Notes: a model not told the origin generated them from the sequence alone. A stretch of DNA of 64,000 nucleotides from an uncultured Acidimicrobiales bacterium (GCA_943788915.1 CALSSD010000010.1:434001-498000), one strand, 5' to 3'. Positions 40,237 to 50,268 are shown, counted from the first letter of the stretch. Numbers and translations: made by a program.

Positions 40237-40932
40237 ATGACGGAGCCGACACGCGACAACCTGACCGAAGCACTCTTCGCTCCTGTAGCGGTGCGGGCCT
40301 ACTCCGCCACAGTAGATGCCGCGCTCATCGACGGTCTGCGGATCGAGGAGATGCCGGCACTTGCTCCCATGGGGTTGAATCGTCGGGCCGAATTTGCGAC
40401 AGCCCGAGCGTGCGCTCGAGCTGCATTGGCTGATCTGGGTGTCGACGCTGCTGTACCCAAACGCGACGGCGGATCGCCGGCCTGGCCGACGGGTATGGCT
40501 GGTTCCATCAGCCACACTCGCGGCTACTGCGTGGCCGTTGCCTCGGGTGCTCGACATCTCATCGGCGTCGATGTCGAAGAGATTGGCCGCATCAGCGCCG
40601 GTGTCGAACGGCGGATCTTGGTGGACCCGGAGCGAGCTGCGCTGAGCGATCTCGACAGCGACGTTCGACAGCTGCAACTCGCAACTATATTTGCGGCCAA
40701 GGAAGCCTTCTACAAGGCGCATTATGAGTTCGAAGCGCGGTACCTCGGTTTTGATGTAATTGCGGTGTCTCTTGACGGCCCGCACGTTTCGTTCGCCCCC
40801 GGTTCGGGCGACGTGAAGTCCGAGGTGATCGGGCAGGCGGTCGGCAGGTCTCGGGTCGAACACGGCCGAGTTATCGTCGGGGTATCCATCGACCCCGGCA
40901 GGTTGGCGGTGCCGCTACCCTCACGCGCGTGA
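40237..40932 (+). CDS. 4'-phosphopantetheinyl transferase (EntD/Sfp-like)
   Basis: RRAEFATARACAR, WP.G..GSISH, GVDVE, FAAKEAFYK. Confidence 0.9.
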   Translation: MTEPTRDNLTEALFAPVAVRAYSATVDAALIDGLRIEEMPALAPMGLNRRAEFATARACARAALADLGVDAAVPKRDGGSPAWPTGMAGSISHTRGYCVAVASGARHLIGVDVEEIGRISAGVERRILVDPERAALSDLDSDVRQLQLATIFAAKEAFYKAHYEFEARYLGFDVIAVSLDGPHVSFAPGSGDVKSEVIGQAVGRSRVEHGRVIVGVSIDPGRLAVPLPSRA

Positions 40933-42287
40933 CAAAGCTTGTAATTATCGGAGGTGGCCCGGCCGGTAACGCCTGTGCAACCTATGCCGCTCGCTTCGGA
41001 GCCGACGTTGTCATGATCGAAGACCAGATCATTGGCGGCGCCGCCCATTTGCTCGACTGTGTTCCTTCCAAGGCCATGATTGCCACCGGTGGAGCTATGG
41101 CTTTCCTTCGACGAAGTAAGGGTATGGGTCTCGAAGATGTCGAGCCACACATCGACCCCGACGCGCTCCGGACTCGCCTTGCCGATATCCAAAGTCGCCT
41201 TCGCGATTCGTCGACAAGCCTGCTCGGATCGCAAGGCGTCCGCATCGTCTACGGCCGGGGTTCGTTGCTCGATGAACATCGTGTAATGGCCGTATGCGAC
41301 GACGGAACCGAAGAAATCTTCGAAGCCGACATGATCGTGCTTAGCACCGGCAGTCGTCCCCGTATCCCTGAGTGGGCCGACATTGACCAGAATCGTATTC
41401 TGTCGACCCGAGACGCCTACCCGCCTCCTGAGATCCCTGAGCACCTGGTGGTGATCGGGTCTGGCGTGACCGGCGTTGAATTTGTTCACATGTTCAACTC
41501 GTTTGGCTCGGATGTGACACTCATTGTGAGCCGCCAGCAGGTGCTCCCCGGTAAGGACCCCGAGGTCGCAGCGGTGTTGGAAGAGAACTTCCTGGAGCGG
41601 GGCGTCAAACTGCTCAAGGGCGCTCGGGCCACATCGATCGACACAACCGCCGATGGCGTAACTGTGAACTGCGACGACGGCCGGGTCGTTGCCGGTAGCC
41701 ATGCGTTGTTGGCGATTGGTTCGGTGCCCAATAGCGACGGTTTGGGCCTCGAAAACGCTGGTGTAGATACCAAGTGGGGTTACGTCGAAATCGACGGTGA
41801 TTGCCGATCTTCTGTGCCACACATTTTTGCTGCCGGTGACCTGAGCGGCAAACTCCCGCTGTCGTCGGTTGCTTCGATGCAGGGGCGCAAGATCGCGGAA
41901 ACCCTTATGGGGCGAGCCACTCATGGCCACAACCGAGTCGACTATGACAAGGCCGCTTCGGCGATTTTCACCGAACCTGAGATCGCCGACGTAGGCCTGG
42001 CCGAAGCTGACGCGTTCTCGATTGGTCGCAAGGTCCGTGTGACCAAGGTGCCGTTCACGACCTCGGCCAAGGCTCTGATTAACGATGACCCTCGTGGTTT
42101 CATCAAGATCATTTCTGACCCTGCCACCGGCGAGGTCCTGGGCGGTTCGATCGTGGGGCGCCATGCTGCAGAACTCATTTCGGTACTTTCGTTGGCCGTT
42201 ACCGCCAGCCTCACGGTGCGTGATGTGTACGACAGCCTGTTGGTCCACCCAACATTGTCTGAGCTCCTCAGCGACGCCGCCGAATAA
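40929..42287 (+). CDS. Flavoprotein disulfide-reductase family, NAD(P)H-quinone dehydrogenase type
   Basis: GGGPAG, single-Cys GGAAHLLDCVPSK, GSGVTGVEF, HPTLSE. Confidence 0.85.
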   Translation: MTKLVIIGGGPAGNACATYAARFGADVVMIEDQIIGGAAHLLDCVPSKAMIATGGAMAFLRRSKGMGLEDVEPHIDPDALRTRLADIQSRLRDSSTSLLGSQGVRIVYGRGSLLDEHRVMAVCDDGTEEIFEADMIVLSTGSRPRIPEWADIDQNRILSTRDAYPPPEIPEHLVVIGSGVTGVEFVHMFNSFGSDVTLIVSRQQVLPGKDPEVAAVLEENFLERGVKLLKGARATSIDTTADGVTVNCDDGRVVAGSHALLAIGSVPNSDGLGLENAGVDTKWGYVEIDGDCRSSVPHIFAAGDLSGKLPLSSVASMQGRKIAETLMGRATHGHNRVDYDKAASAIFTEPEIADVGLAEADAFSIGRKVRVTKVPFTTSAKALINDDPRGFIKIISDPATGEVLGGSIVGRHAAELISVLSLAVTASLTVRDVYDSLLVHPTLSELLSDAAE

Positions 42288-42290
42288 CCC

Positions 42291-42785
42291 GTGACTCCAA
42301 ACCCCAATCCCCCAAACGCCGATCCTGCTGAGTCCGACGATGAGCCCGGCGATCCACTCGCCCCGATAGCGAAACGTATTGGCGCTCGGCTGCTGGACTG
42401 GGCATTCCTCATGACAGTGTGGATGCTCCTCGGAGCGGCCACGTCCGAACGTTTAGCCGACGACACGCTGGTGTTCCAGCGGTGGGCGGTGGTCGCTTGG
42501 ATGGCGCTCGTGGTCGTGTACGAGGTTGGATTCGTGGCATGGCGTGGCCAGACCCCCGGCAAGATCGCGTTGAAGATCCAACTTGTCGCACTCAAAGATG
42601 GCTGTGTCTTGTCACTCCCCGCCGCCATCACGCGGGTGCTTCCGGTGGCCTTCGCCATCGCCGTGCTGGGAGCCTTCTTCCCAATCGCCATGGTTTTCGT
42701 TTACTTCAGCGCAGCGTTCATGAAGAACAGCCGCGGCATCCTCGACCTCATGTCGGGCTCGGTAGTGATCGAAGCCCGGCGCTAA
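42291..42785 (+). CDS. RDD family membrane protein
   Basis: KRIGARLLD, GQTPGK, RGILD. Confidence 0.88.
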   Translation: MTPNPNPPNADPAESDDEPGDPLAPIAKRIGARLLDWAFLMTVWMLLGAATSERLADDTLVFQRWAVVAWMALVVVYEVGFVAWRGQTPGKIALKIQLVALKDGCVLSLPAAITRVLPVAFAIAVLGAFFPIAMVFVYFSAAFMKNSRGILDLMSGSVVIEARR

Positions 42786-42893
42786 CGGTGCAGCTGCGCA
42801 TGGCGTGGCAAGGTTGCGTGTGCTGCAGTGCTGCAGGTCGACATGCGCGGCCAGGAGCCGAACGCGGGCTGCGGTACCTGGCAACCATCATGT

Positions 42894-42920
42894 AATCTAT
42901 TTTCGGTTCGAAAATGGGTT
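42894..42920. promoter_or_regulatory. AT-rich palindrome, putative TetR operator upstream of the oxygenase operon
   Basis: AATCT-ATTTTCG-GTT-CGAAAAT-GGGTT just upstream of GAAAGG RBS and GTG 42948. Confidence 0.55.
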
Positions 42921-42947
42921 CAACCGGAATACCCGAAAGGTTGTCAG

Positions 42948-44192
42948 GTGGATGCACACCACATCGATGCGTTGATCGAGCCGACTCGAGTCCATGGTTC
43001 GCTCTATACCGATCCGGAGATCTTTGCGGCCGAACTAGAAACCATTTGGTATCAGACCTGGGTGTACGTGGGGCACGAGAGCGAGGTGCCGGCGGCGAAC
43101 GACTACGCCCGCAAAAACATCGGGCCCCAAGACGTCATCATGGTTCGGGGCGCCGACGGCGTTGTGCGACTGATGCTCAACCGGTGTTCTCACCGGGGCA
43201 ACAAGGTGTGTACCGAAGCATCGGGCAACTCAGGCACCTTTCAGTGCCCGTATCACGGGTGGAACTTCCGAACTACCGGCGAACTGATTGGTTATCCCTA
43301 CCCCGAGGGGTACGGCGGTCGAGGCCAGCTGGATCTCGGCCTGGCCCAGGTCTCACGGGTGGACTCACACGAGGGATTTATGTTCGGCAGTTTGTCGCCC
43401 GATGGGCCGACATTGACGGAACACCTGGGCGACGCTGCGGGTGAGCTCACTCGGCTGACGAAGCTGTCTCCCACGGGCGAACTCGACTTGTCCACCGGTT
43501 GGTTACGACACAGCGCCAAGGCCAACTGGAAGTTCATCCACGAGAACGAGACCGACGGCTACCACCCCCAGTTCGTGCATGGTTCGATCTTCTCGGTAGC
43601 CGACAGCGGCATTGGAGCGTTGTACAGCGAGAACTCGACCGCCGTCACTCGGGACCTTGGGAACGGGCATAGCGAGAATGATCTCCGACCCGAGTTCCGT
43701 CGGCTTGGGCAGCCACTTGGTTGGTTCGGCACGACCGCTGACCGGTTGCCCGATTATGTCGCAGCGATGCAGGCCCGACATGGTGATGCAAGCGATGAGA
43801 TCCTGATCGAGGGTGCGCCCCACGTGATGATCTTCCCCAACCTGTTCGTGGCCGAGATCAGCATCTTCGTGCTGCAACCGCTTGCTGTTGACCACACCGT
43901 GCAGCACGTGACGGCTGTGCAGTTCAAGGGGGCGCCCGATATCAACAAACGTATGTTGCAGCAGTGCATCGGGTCGGTCGGCCCCGCAGGGCTGTTATTG
44001 GCCGACGACAGTGAGATGTATGAACGTAATCAGATTGGTGTAGGGCAGCGGTCTCCAGAGTGGCTCGATATCCGCCGAGGCATCGACCGTGAAACCACCG
44101 ACGAGCACGGTCACCTCATTGGAGGAGCTACCGACGAAACCGGCATGCGAGCGTTTTGGTCGCACTACCGCGAACTGATGACCCATGCGTGA
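42948..44192 (+). CDS. Rieske ring-hydroxylating oxygenase alpha subunit
   Basis: CSH...CPYH Rieske site; ENETDGYHPQFVH and downstream DD for mononuclear Fe. Confidence 0.93.
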   Translation: MDAHHIDALIEPTRVHGSLYTDPEIFAAELETIWYQTWVYVGHESEVPAANDYARKNIGPQDVIMVRGADGVVRLMLNRCSHRGNKVCTEASGNSGTFQCPYHGWNFRTTGELIGYPYPEGYGGRGQLDLGLAQVSRVDSHEGFMFGSLSPDGPTLTEHLGDAAGELTRLTKLSPTGELDLSTGWLRHSAKANWKFIHENETDGYHPQFVHGSIFSVADSGIGALYSENSTAVTRDLGNGHSENDLRPEFRRLGQPLGWFGTTADRLPDYVAAMQARHGDASDEILIEGAPHVMIFPNLFVAEISIFVLQPLAVDHTVQHVTAVQFKGAPDINKRMLQQCIGSVGPAGLLLADDSEMYERNQIGVGQRSPEWLDIRRGIDRETTDEHGHLIGGATDETGMRAFWSHYRELMTHA

Positions 44193-44694
44193 AGCCACTG
44201 GGCCCGAGGCCACAGCGGTGCCGGAGAGCATGCGACGGTCGGTCGAAGCGTTTCTGTTTCGTGAGGCCCGGTTGGCCGACGAACATGCCTACGGCGAGTG
44301 GGAAGCGTTGTGGACCGACGACGCTCTGTACTGGGTCCCTGCGGCAGACGACACCGACCCAATGGCGCACATGTCGGTGATCCACGACAACCGGCGGCGG
44401 ATCATGACACGTATCAAGCAGTTGGAAACCGGTAAGCGGCTCGCGCAAGCTCCTCCATCAAGGTTGCGGCGCATGATCGCTAATGTCGAGATTGCAGCGC
44501 CTGTCGACGGAGCGGATCTCGAGGTACAGGCGAACTTCGTGGTCTACGAGGCGCGTGAGTCCGGGACTCGCCCGTGGGCGGGGCGTGTGACCTATCGGCT
44601 TCGTCCCCACAACGGCGAATGGTTGCTCTCGTACAAGAAGGTCGACTTGGTGGATCGCCCGTGGAACCTGCCGACCCTCGCGTTTCTGATCTAA
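44185..44694 (+). CDS. Ring-hydroxylating dioxygenase beta subunit
   Basis: FLFREARLAD, YWVP, SRLRR..NV, KKVDL; overlaps alpha stop. Confidence 0.92.
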   Translation: MREATGPEATAVPESMRRSVEAFLFREARLADEHAYGEWEALWTDDALYWVPAADDTDPMAHMSVIHDNRRRIMTRIKQLETGKRLAQAPPSRLRRMIANVEIAAPVDGADLEVQANFVVYEARESGTRPWAGRVTYRLRPHNGEWLLSYKKVDLVDRPWNLPTLAFLI

Positions 44695-44731
44695 CCATGC
44701 AAGCACCGTGCAAGCCGAACGAAAGACTGTC

Positions 44732-45544
44732 ATGACATCCCAAGCGCTCATCAGCGACGGACCCGTATTGCTCGACATCGACGAGCGAGGTATTGCCCGC
44801 ATTCGTCTGAACAGACCGGAAGCTTCGAACGGCATGGATGTTCCGCTCCTGCGGGCGCTCTATGACGCGTTGATGGTGGCCCATGGCCTACCGAATCTGC
44901 GAGTGTTGGTGATCTCCGGCGAGGGCCCAAACTTCTGCGCTGGAGGCGATGTCAAAGACTTTGCCAGTAAGGGCGAGGACCTTCCGAACTATCTACGTGA
45001 AGCGACCTCGTGGTTGCAGATCTGTGTGCAAGCAATGCTTGGACTCGAAGCGCCAGTGATCGCCTCGGTGCACGGATTTGCGGCTGGAGGTGGAGGGTTC
45101 GGGCTGGTCTGTGCAGCCGACATCGTGATCGCTGGCACGTCGGCCAAGTTTCTTGCCGGTGCGACTCGTGTCGGCATGGTGCCCGACGCTGGCACATCGG
45201 TAACCCTCCCGCAACTTGTTGGTATGCGCAAGGCGCTACAGATCGTGCTGACGAACCCGGTCATCACCGCACCCGAGGCATTGGCGATGGGACTGATCAC
45301 CACCGTCGTCGCCGATGATCAGCTTGCTGTCGAAACAGCAGCGGTTGCGGAAACACTCGCTGACGGAGCGCCGCAGGCGTTGGCCAACGCCAAACGTATG
45401 TTGTGGGCCGGGCTCGGTTCGCGCGTGGAAGCACAGCTTCCCGAAGAGGCGCGAACCGTGTCAGCGCTGTCAGGCACAGCTGACGCACGCGAGGGCCTCG
45501 CGGCCGTGATCGAACGACGTCCACCAGTGTTCACCGGAAAGTAG
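44732..45544 (+). CDS. Crotonase-family enzyme, PaaG-like isomerase
   Basis: LNRPE, FCAGGD, AAGGG, GMVPDAG; lacks both hydratase Glu residues. Confidence 0.85.
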   Translation: MTSQALISDGPVLLDIDERGIARIRLNRPEASNGMDVPLLRALYDALMVAHGLPNLRVLVISGEGPNFCAGGDVKDFASKGEDLPNYLREATSWLQICVQAMLGLEAPVIASVHGFAAGGGGFGLVCAADIVIAGTSAKFLAGATRVGMVPDAGTSVTLPQLVGMRKALQIVLTNPVITAPEALAMGLITTVVADDQLAVETAAVAETLADGAPQALANAKRMLWAGLGSRVEAQLPEEARTVSALSGTADAREGLAAVIERRPPVFTGK

Positions 45545-45554
45545 AGGACCACCA

Positions 45555-47294
45555 ATGACTGATGCAGCAGCTGCCATTGCCGCCCGTCGCGACGCGCTCG
45601 AAGCCCGCTTCCCTGTGTGGGACGAGGTCACGTTGGGTGAACGTTTACGGCGTAGTGCCGAGGAGTTCGGGGATCGGCCGTTCGTGATCGCCGACGATCG
45701 AACCGTCTCGTATCACGAAGTAGATGCATGGGCCACTCGGCTGGCCGATGGCCTGGTCGCCACCGGCGTACAGCCTGGCGATCGGGTTGGGATCATCATG
45801 GCCAACTACCTCGAGTTCGTACCGGTCAAGTTCGCAGTTGCTCGGGCAGAAGCGATCGCAATCCCGTTCAATTACCTCTACCGGCAAGACGAACTGGCCT
45901 ACGTGCTTGCCCAATCGCAATGCAACGTGCTGATCTCGATGACCGAGTTTGCTGGTCTCGACTATCAGTCCATGCTCGACGGAATTGCGCCCGGCTGGGA
46001 GTCCGGAGACTGCAACGCGCTGCCAGACCTCCGGCAGGTGATTCTTTTTCCGACAGGTGACGTCGAGCCACGACCCGGTGTCATGACGCTCGCCGAACTC
46101 GATGCACGTGGCCTCGCAAACGTCGGAGCTGCAGAACAAGGCGTGGTCGCTCCCAATGATGTGGGCGACATCTTGTACACCTCAGGTACGACCGGGTCGC
46201 CCAAGGGGGTCATGGTTACCCACGACGGCATCTTGCGAACCGGATATTCGTCGGCGCTGACGAGGGCATTTGAAGACGGCCGGCGAGTGTTGTTCTCGTT
46301 GCCGTGTTATCACATGTTCGGCCTGGTCGAGGGCCTGCTGGCAGTCATGTTCGTTGGTGGAGCAATCATTCCTCGGACCTCGTTCTCGCCTGCCGACTAC
46401 TTCGCCGGTATCGAGGCCCACAAGGCGAACGACATCCTCGCCGTGCCGACGATGACCGTTGGATTACTCGAACACCCTGATCGGAAAACACGAGACCTGT
46501 CATCGCTTCGGGCAATCCTGTCAGGAGCCGCACCCGCTCCGACGTGGGTGTGGGAGCGTGCCGAAACCGAACTCGGTTTGACCGAGGTCACCACCGGCTA
46601 CGGCATGACTGAATGTGGGGGCGCCACAACGTTGACGTTGCCCGAAGACCCATTGGTTATGCACACGACCACGGTCGGGCGAGAGAAACTTGCTGGCAAG
46701 GCTGCAGCACCTGGCATGAACGGCAACCATGCCCACTACCGCACGGCAGACCCGGAAACGGGCGAGTTGTTACCCGAAGGGGCCGAGGGCGAACTGATCT
46801 CTCGGGGGCCGTCGCACATGGTTGGGTTTTGGGAAAAACCCGAAGAGACGGCATTGGCGCTGCGAGACGGTTGGGTGTACTCAGGGGATCTTGGTGTCGT
46901 CCGGCCCGACGGTTATCTCGAGCTGACCGGCCGCACCAAAGAGTTGTACAAGAGTGGCGGCGAACTTGTTATGCCGATCGAGATTGAAGAACTGGCAGTC
47001 GGTCATGCTGCGGTGAGCCAGGCTTTTGCCGTCGGCGTGCCAGACGACCAGTGGGGCGAAGTCGGCTGGCTGATAGCGGTCGCGGACCCGACCACAGAAG
47101 TCGATCACGAAGTAGCCGCTGCCGAACTCATTGCGCTGTGCCGTGACAAGCTGGCCCGGTTCAAGGTCCCGAAACGTGTCGTCTTTGTCGAGGCTGCCGA
47201 TTTGCCTACGACCCCGACGGGCAAGGTGCAGAAGTACCGCCTGGTCGACCAAGCCGTCGCAGGTACCCTGGGCGGAGCGGACAGCCATGGTTAG
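45555..47294 (+). CDS. AMP-binding acyl/aryl-CoA ligase
   Basis: YTSGTTGSPKG, GYGMTE, SGDLG, GRTKE, PTGKVQK. Confidence 0.93.
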   Translation: MTDAAAAIAARRDALEARFPVWDEVTLGERLRRSAEEFGDRPFVIADDRTVSYHEVDAWATRLADGLVATGVQPGDRVGIIMANYLEFVPVKFAVARAEAIAIPFNYLYRQDELAYVLAQSQCNVLISMTEFAGLDYQSMLDGIAPGWESGDCNALPDLRQVILFPTGDVEPRPGVMTLAELDARGLANVGAAEQGVVAPNDVGDILYTSGTTGSPKGVMVTHDGILRTGYSSALTRAFEDGRRVLFSLPCYHMFGLVEGLLAVMFVGGAIIPRTSFSPADYFAGIEAHKANDILAVPTMTVGLLEHPDRKTRDLSSLRAILSGAAPAPTWVWERAETELGLTEVTTGYGMTECGGATTLTLPEDPLVMHTTTVGREKLAGKAAAPGMNGNHAHYRTADPETGELLPEGAEGELISRGPSHMVGFWEKPEETALALRDGWVYSGDLGVVRPDGYLELTGRTKELYKSGGELVMPIEIEELAVGHAAVSQAFAVGVPDDQWGEVGWLIAVADPTTEVDHEVAAAELIALCRDKLARFKVPKRVVFVEAADLPTTPTGKVQKYRLVDQAVAGTLGGADSHG

Positions 47295-47303
47295 GTTGTG
47301 TTG

Positions 47304-47928
47304 ATGGTCGAGACATCGAGCGATACCAAAACGCCAACGAAGTCGGCGCGGACTCGCAAACGAATCCTCGACGCTGCAGCGGCGGAGTTTCGACAGGCCG
47401 GCTACAACGCTCGTCTGGTCGATATTGCCGAGCGCGCCGGGCATGCAGGCCGGAAGCCTGTATTACCATTTCGCCTCACGGGAAGAACTGGTTGCGGAAA
47501 TCCTGCAGTTGGGTATAGCGACAGCATTCGCTCAGGTCCGACAGGCGGTCGAGGAACTCGACGGAAGCGATATCGAGTCAGATTCTCGGAGGCGTTTAGA
47601 GACCGCCATTCGGGCGCACACCATGGCGGTGTTGGAGCAGAGCGACTACGCATCAGCCCAGGCCAAGATCGTCGGTCAGGTGCCCCCTGATATCGCCAAG
47701 GCCCATAAGGCTGACCAGCGTTCATACGGTGCGTACTGGAACGACTTACTCGAAACCGCGGCTAATGCAGGCGTGTTACGAGCGGACCTTGACCTGTTCG
47801 CAGCTCGTATGTTGGCATTCGGCGCCATGAACTGGACGACCGAATGGTTTGACCCGAGCAGGCGGCTGTCTGCTGATCAGATCGCAGACACCGCGGTGAT
47901 GATGATCATGAGCGGTCTCGCCAAGTAG
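47304..47928 (+). CDS. TetR/AcrR family regulator (apparent frameshift near 47440)
   Basis: RILDAAA..F..GY..DIAERAG joins MQAGSLYYHF after removing one G; KstR2-like C-terminus (GAMNWTTEWF). Confidence 0.88.
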
Positions 47929-47957
47929 TCCTGTCCAATGGTGCTGGCCTTGTCGGG

Positions 47958-49112
47958 TTACGCGGTGGCAGTGGCGTAGGCCTGATTGATCTGGGTATGG
48001 AAGTGGATGAGTGGTTGCTCAAGTCGTCCGTAGACCAACTCGGGCAGTGCCCCAGACGCGAGGTTGGCGTAGATGCGTTCCATCACCGGAAAGTCCTCGG
48101 TACCGGTGACCTGCTCAAGCAGGTCGAGATTCTTCACGAAATAGTTGTGTGCCTTGTCGCTCGCCGGGGGAGTGGGTGCATACATGGCGGTGGTCGTGCG
48201 CACTCGGCCGACGCCCAACGGTTCGACGGTCCACACCTCAACGTGGTCAACCTGGTGCACCACCAGCCCATTCGGCACCAGAAAGTACTGGATTGTGCCG
48301 TAGGGAAGCAGCGACCATTCGTCCCTCGGTTTGGCGACTTCTTCGCGCACCGATTTACGCAGGCCGATAGAAACCAGATTGCGGCCAAACGGTTCGAAGA
48401 TGACGCCGTCGGAATCGAAGGTCGGTGCAAGGGTCTGTTTGTGCAATGTGCGAATGTGATACGACTCGGTGAAGGTGTCGAAGACGAGCTTCCAGTTGAA
48501 GTCCCACTCGTTGGTTCGCGAGTCGATGAACGTGTAACTACCGAGGTCGAAGGCTCCGAGGTCATCTTCGGCGCCACTCAGAAACTGGTCGACATCGATG
48601 GGTTCGGTCCCACCGGGACGCACGAAGATCATGCCGTGTTTCTCGGCTACTGCCCGCTGGTGTAGATCGCAGTTGAGTGTCACATCGTCGAATGCACCCG
48701 CCGACATCGGCCGGGCAGTAAGAGAGCCTGCGGTGTCGTATGTCCACGAGTGATAGGGGCACGAGAACACCCGCAGGCCGGTTCCCTGGCTATGAGTCTC
48801 TACGAGCGCGGCGCCCCGGTGACGACACGCGTTGACCACGGCGCGCAACGACCCGTCGGCTTGGCGGACCACGACAAGCGGTATGCCATCGAACGTGGTG
48901 GCCCGGTAGGAACCCGGGTCGGGGAGATCCACACTCATAGCGAAGAAGACTGGTCCGTCTCGAAACAGCACCCGTTGTTCGACCGCGAAACGGTCAGGGT
49001 CGGTGTAGGCGCTGGCAGAGTTGATCATGCTTGATTCGCCATGAAGGCCCTCGAGGTGGGGGCCAGCGTTTGCTACACGTTCAAGAAATTCGACTTGTCG
49101 TTGGTGGCGCAT
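47958..49112 (-). CDS. Rieske oxygenase alpha subunit (no cognate beta subunit)
   Basis: CRH...CPYH; DTFTESYHIRTLH; EDF. Confidence 0.92.
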   Translation of the reverse strand: MRHQRQVEFLERVANAGPHLEGLHGESSMINSASAYTDPDRFAVEQRVLFRDGPVFFAMSVDLPDPGSYRATTFDGIPLVVVRQADGSLRAVVNACRHRGAALVETHSQGTGLRVFSCPYHSWTYDTAGSLTARPMSAGAFDDVTLNCDLHQRAVAEKHGMIFVRPGGTEPIDVDQFLSGAEDDLGAFDLGSYTFIDSRTNEWDFNWKLVFDTFTESYHIRTLHKQTLAPTFDSDGVIFEPFGRNLVSIGLRKSVREEVAKPRDEWSLLPYGTIQYFLVPNGLVVHQVDHVEVWTVEPLGVGRVRTTTAMYAPTPPASDKAHNYFVKNLDLLEQVTGTEDFPVMERIYANLASGALPELVYGRLEQPLIHFHTQINQAYATATA

Positions 49113-49124
49113 GTGTACCTTCCG

Positions 49125-49910
49125 TTATCGGGGCATGGCGAAGCCGCCGGAGACGCTGAGGACTTGCCCGGAGAGTTGTCGGGCCTGCGTCGAAGCCAAG
49201 AACGCGACACTCCACGCGATATCGATTGCTTCGGACCGGCGGCGTAACGGGATGCTTTTGGTGATGTTGTCGATTTCTCGTTCGCCAAAGTTCACGTCTT
49301 GGGTCCACAGGCTTTGTTCGCCGACATCTCCCTCGGCAGGCAGGACCAGCCCCGGACAGACCGTGTTGGCTCGAATGCCGAACCGCCCGTACTCCTTGGC
49401 GATAGTACGACTGAAGGCCATGACACCCGCTTTCATCGCCCCGTAGTCGGCGACCCGGAACTCGCCGAACCCGGCATCGCTTGCAATCGAGATGATCGAA
49501 CCTTCACGTCGTTCGACCATTGCGCCAAGAACGGCGTGGGTTGCGTTGAAGGTGGGAAACAGGTTCAGTCGATACGCCTGATCCCATCGTTCTGGTGGCA
49601 AGTCGAGGAAGAACTCGGCGGGACCATTCCAACCGACGTTGTTCACGAGCGCCGCCGTGGGCCCCAAGTCGGCTTCGACCGACGTTACTGCTGCCTTGGT
49701 TGCGTCTACATCGGTGAGATCCACTGCATACGCCACTGCAGAGCCGCCAGCGTCGGTGATCTCGGTGACCGTGCGTCGTGCCATGGGTTCATCGCGATCG
49801 AGGATGGCGACATGTGCCCCTTCTTCCGCCAGCACCTTGGCTATGGCTTTCCCGATGTTGGACGCACCACCGGTAACGATCGCCACCCTGCCGCCCAGCC
49901 CAAAGTCCAT
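49125..49910 (-). CDS. SDR family oxidoreductase
   Basis: TGGASNIG, NNVG, YGAMK, VCPG. Confidence 0.92.
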   Translation of the reverse strand: MDFGLGGRVAIVTGGASNIGKAIAKVLAEEGAHVAILDRDEPMARRTVTEITDAGGSAVAYAVDLTDVDATKAAVTSVEADLGPTAALVNNVGWNGPAEFFLDLPPERWDQAYRLNLFPTFNATHAVLGAMVERREGSIISIASDAGFGEFRVADYGAMKAGVMAFSRTIAKEYGRFGIRANTVCPGLVLPAEGDVGEQSLWTQDVNFGEREIDNITKSIPLRRRSEAIDIAWSVAFLASTQARQLSGQVLSVSGGFAMPR

Positions 49911-50268
49911 CGTACGGCCCTCCACTTTCGAAACCTATTTTGAATTTAGACGACAGTCTGCCCGAGACGCAAGTCGTCCGAAGCATGTCGTCACGAAGCA
50001 CGGACGCTGTCGGTCAAGCGCCGTCAGACCCACAGTACGCACTCACAAACCCCTCCCATCAACGTGCCACAGAGGAGCGTGAGCTGGGTGGGGAGTCGAT
50101 CAACGAGAGGTTAAGCCGACGCACGAGCGAACGAGCGAACGAGCAACGTGCTCGTGCCTCGAGTGGTGATGAAAGCGTCGTCCTATAACGAGGAGCCGCA
50201 CCCCAACCATCGGAAGCGGGTACGCAACACCAGAGCTAGAAGCGAAAGCGCCAAAGAGTGAGAACGCC

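Noticed and set aside
40722..42248. 508-aa minus-strand ORF
   Set aside because: Antisense shadow of the flavoprotein gene
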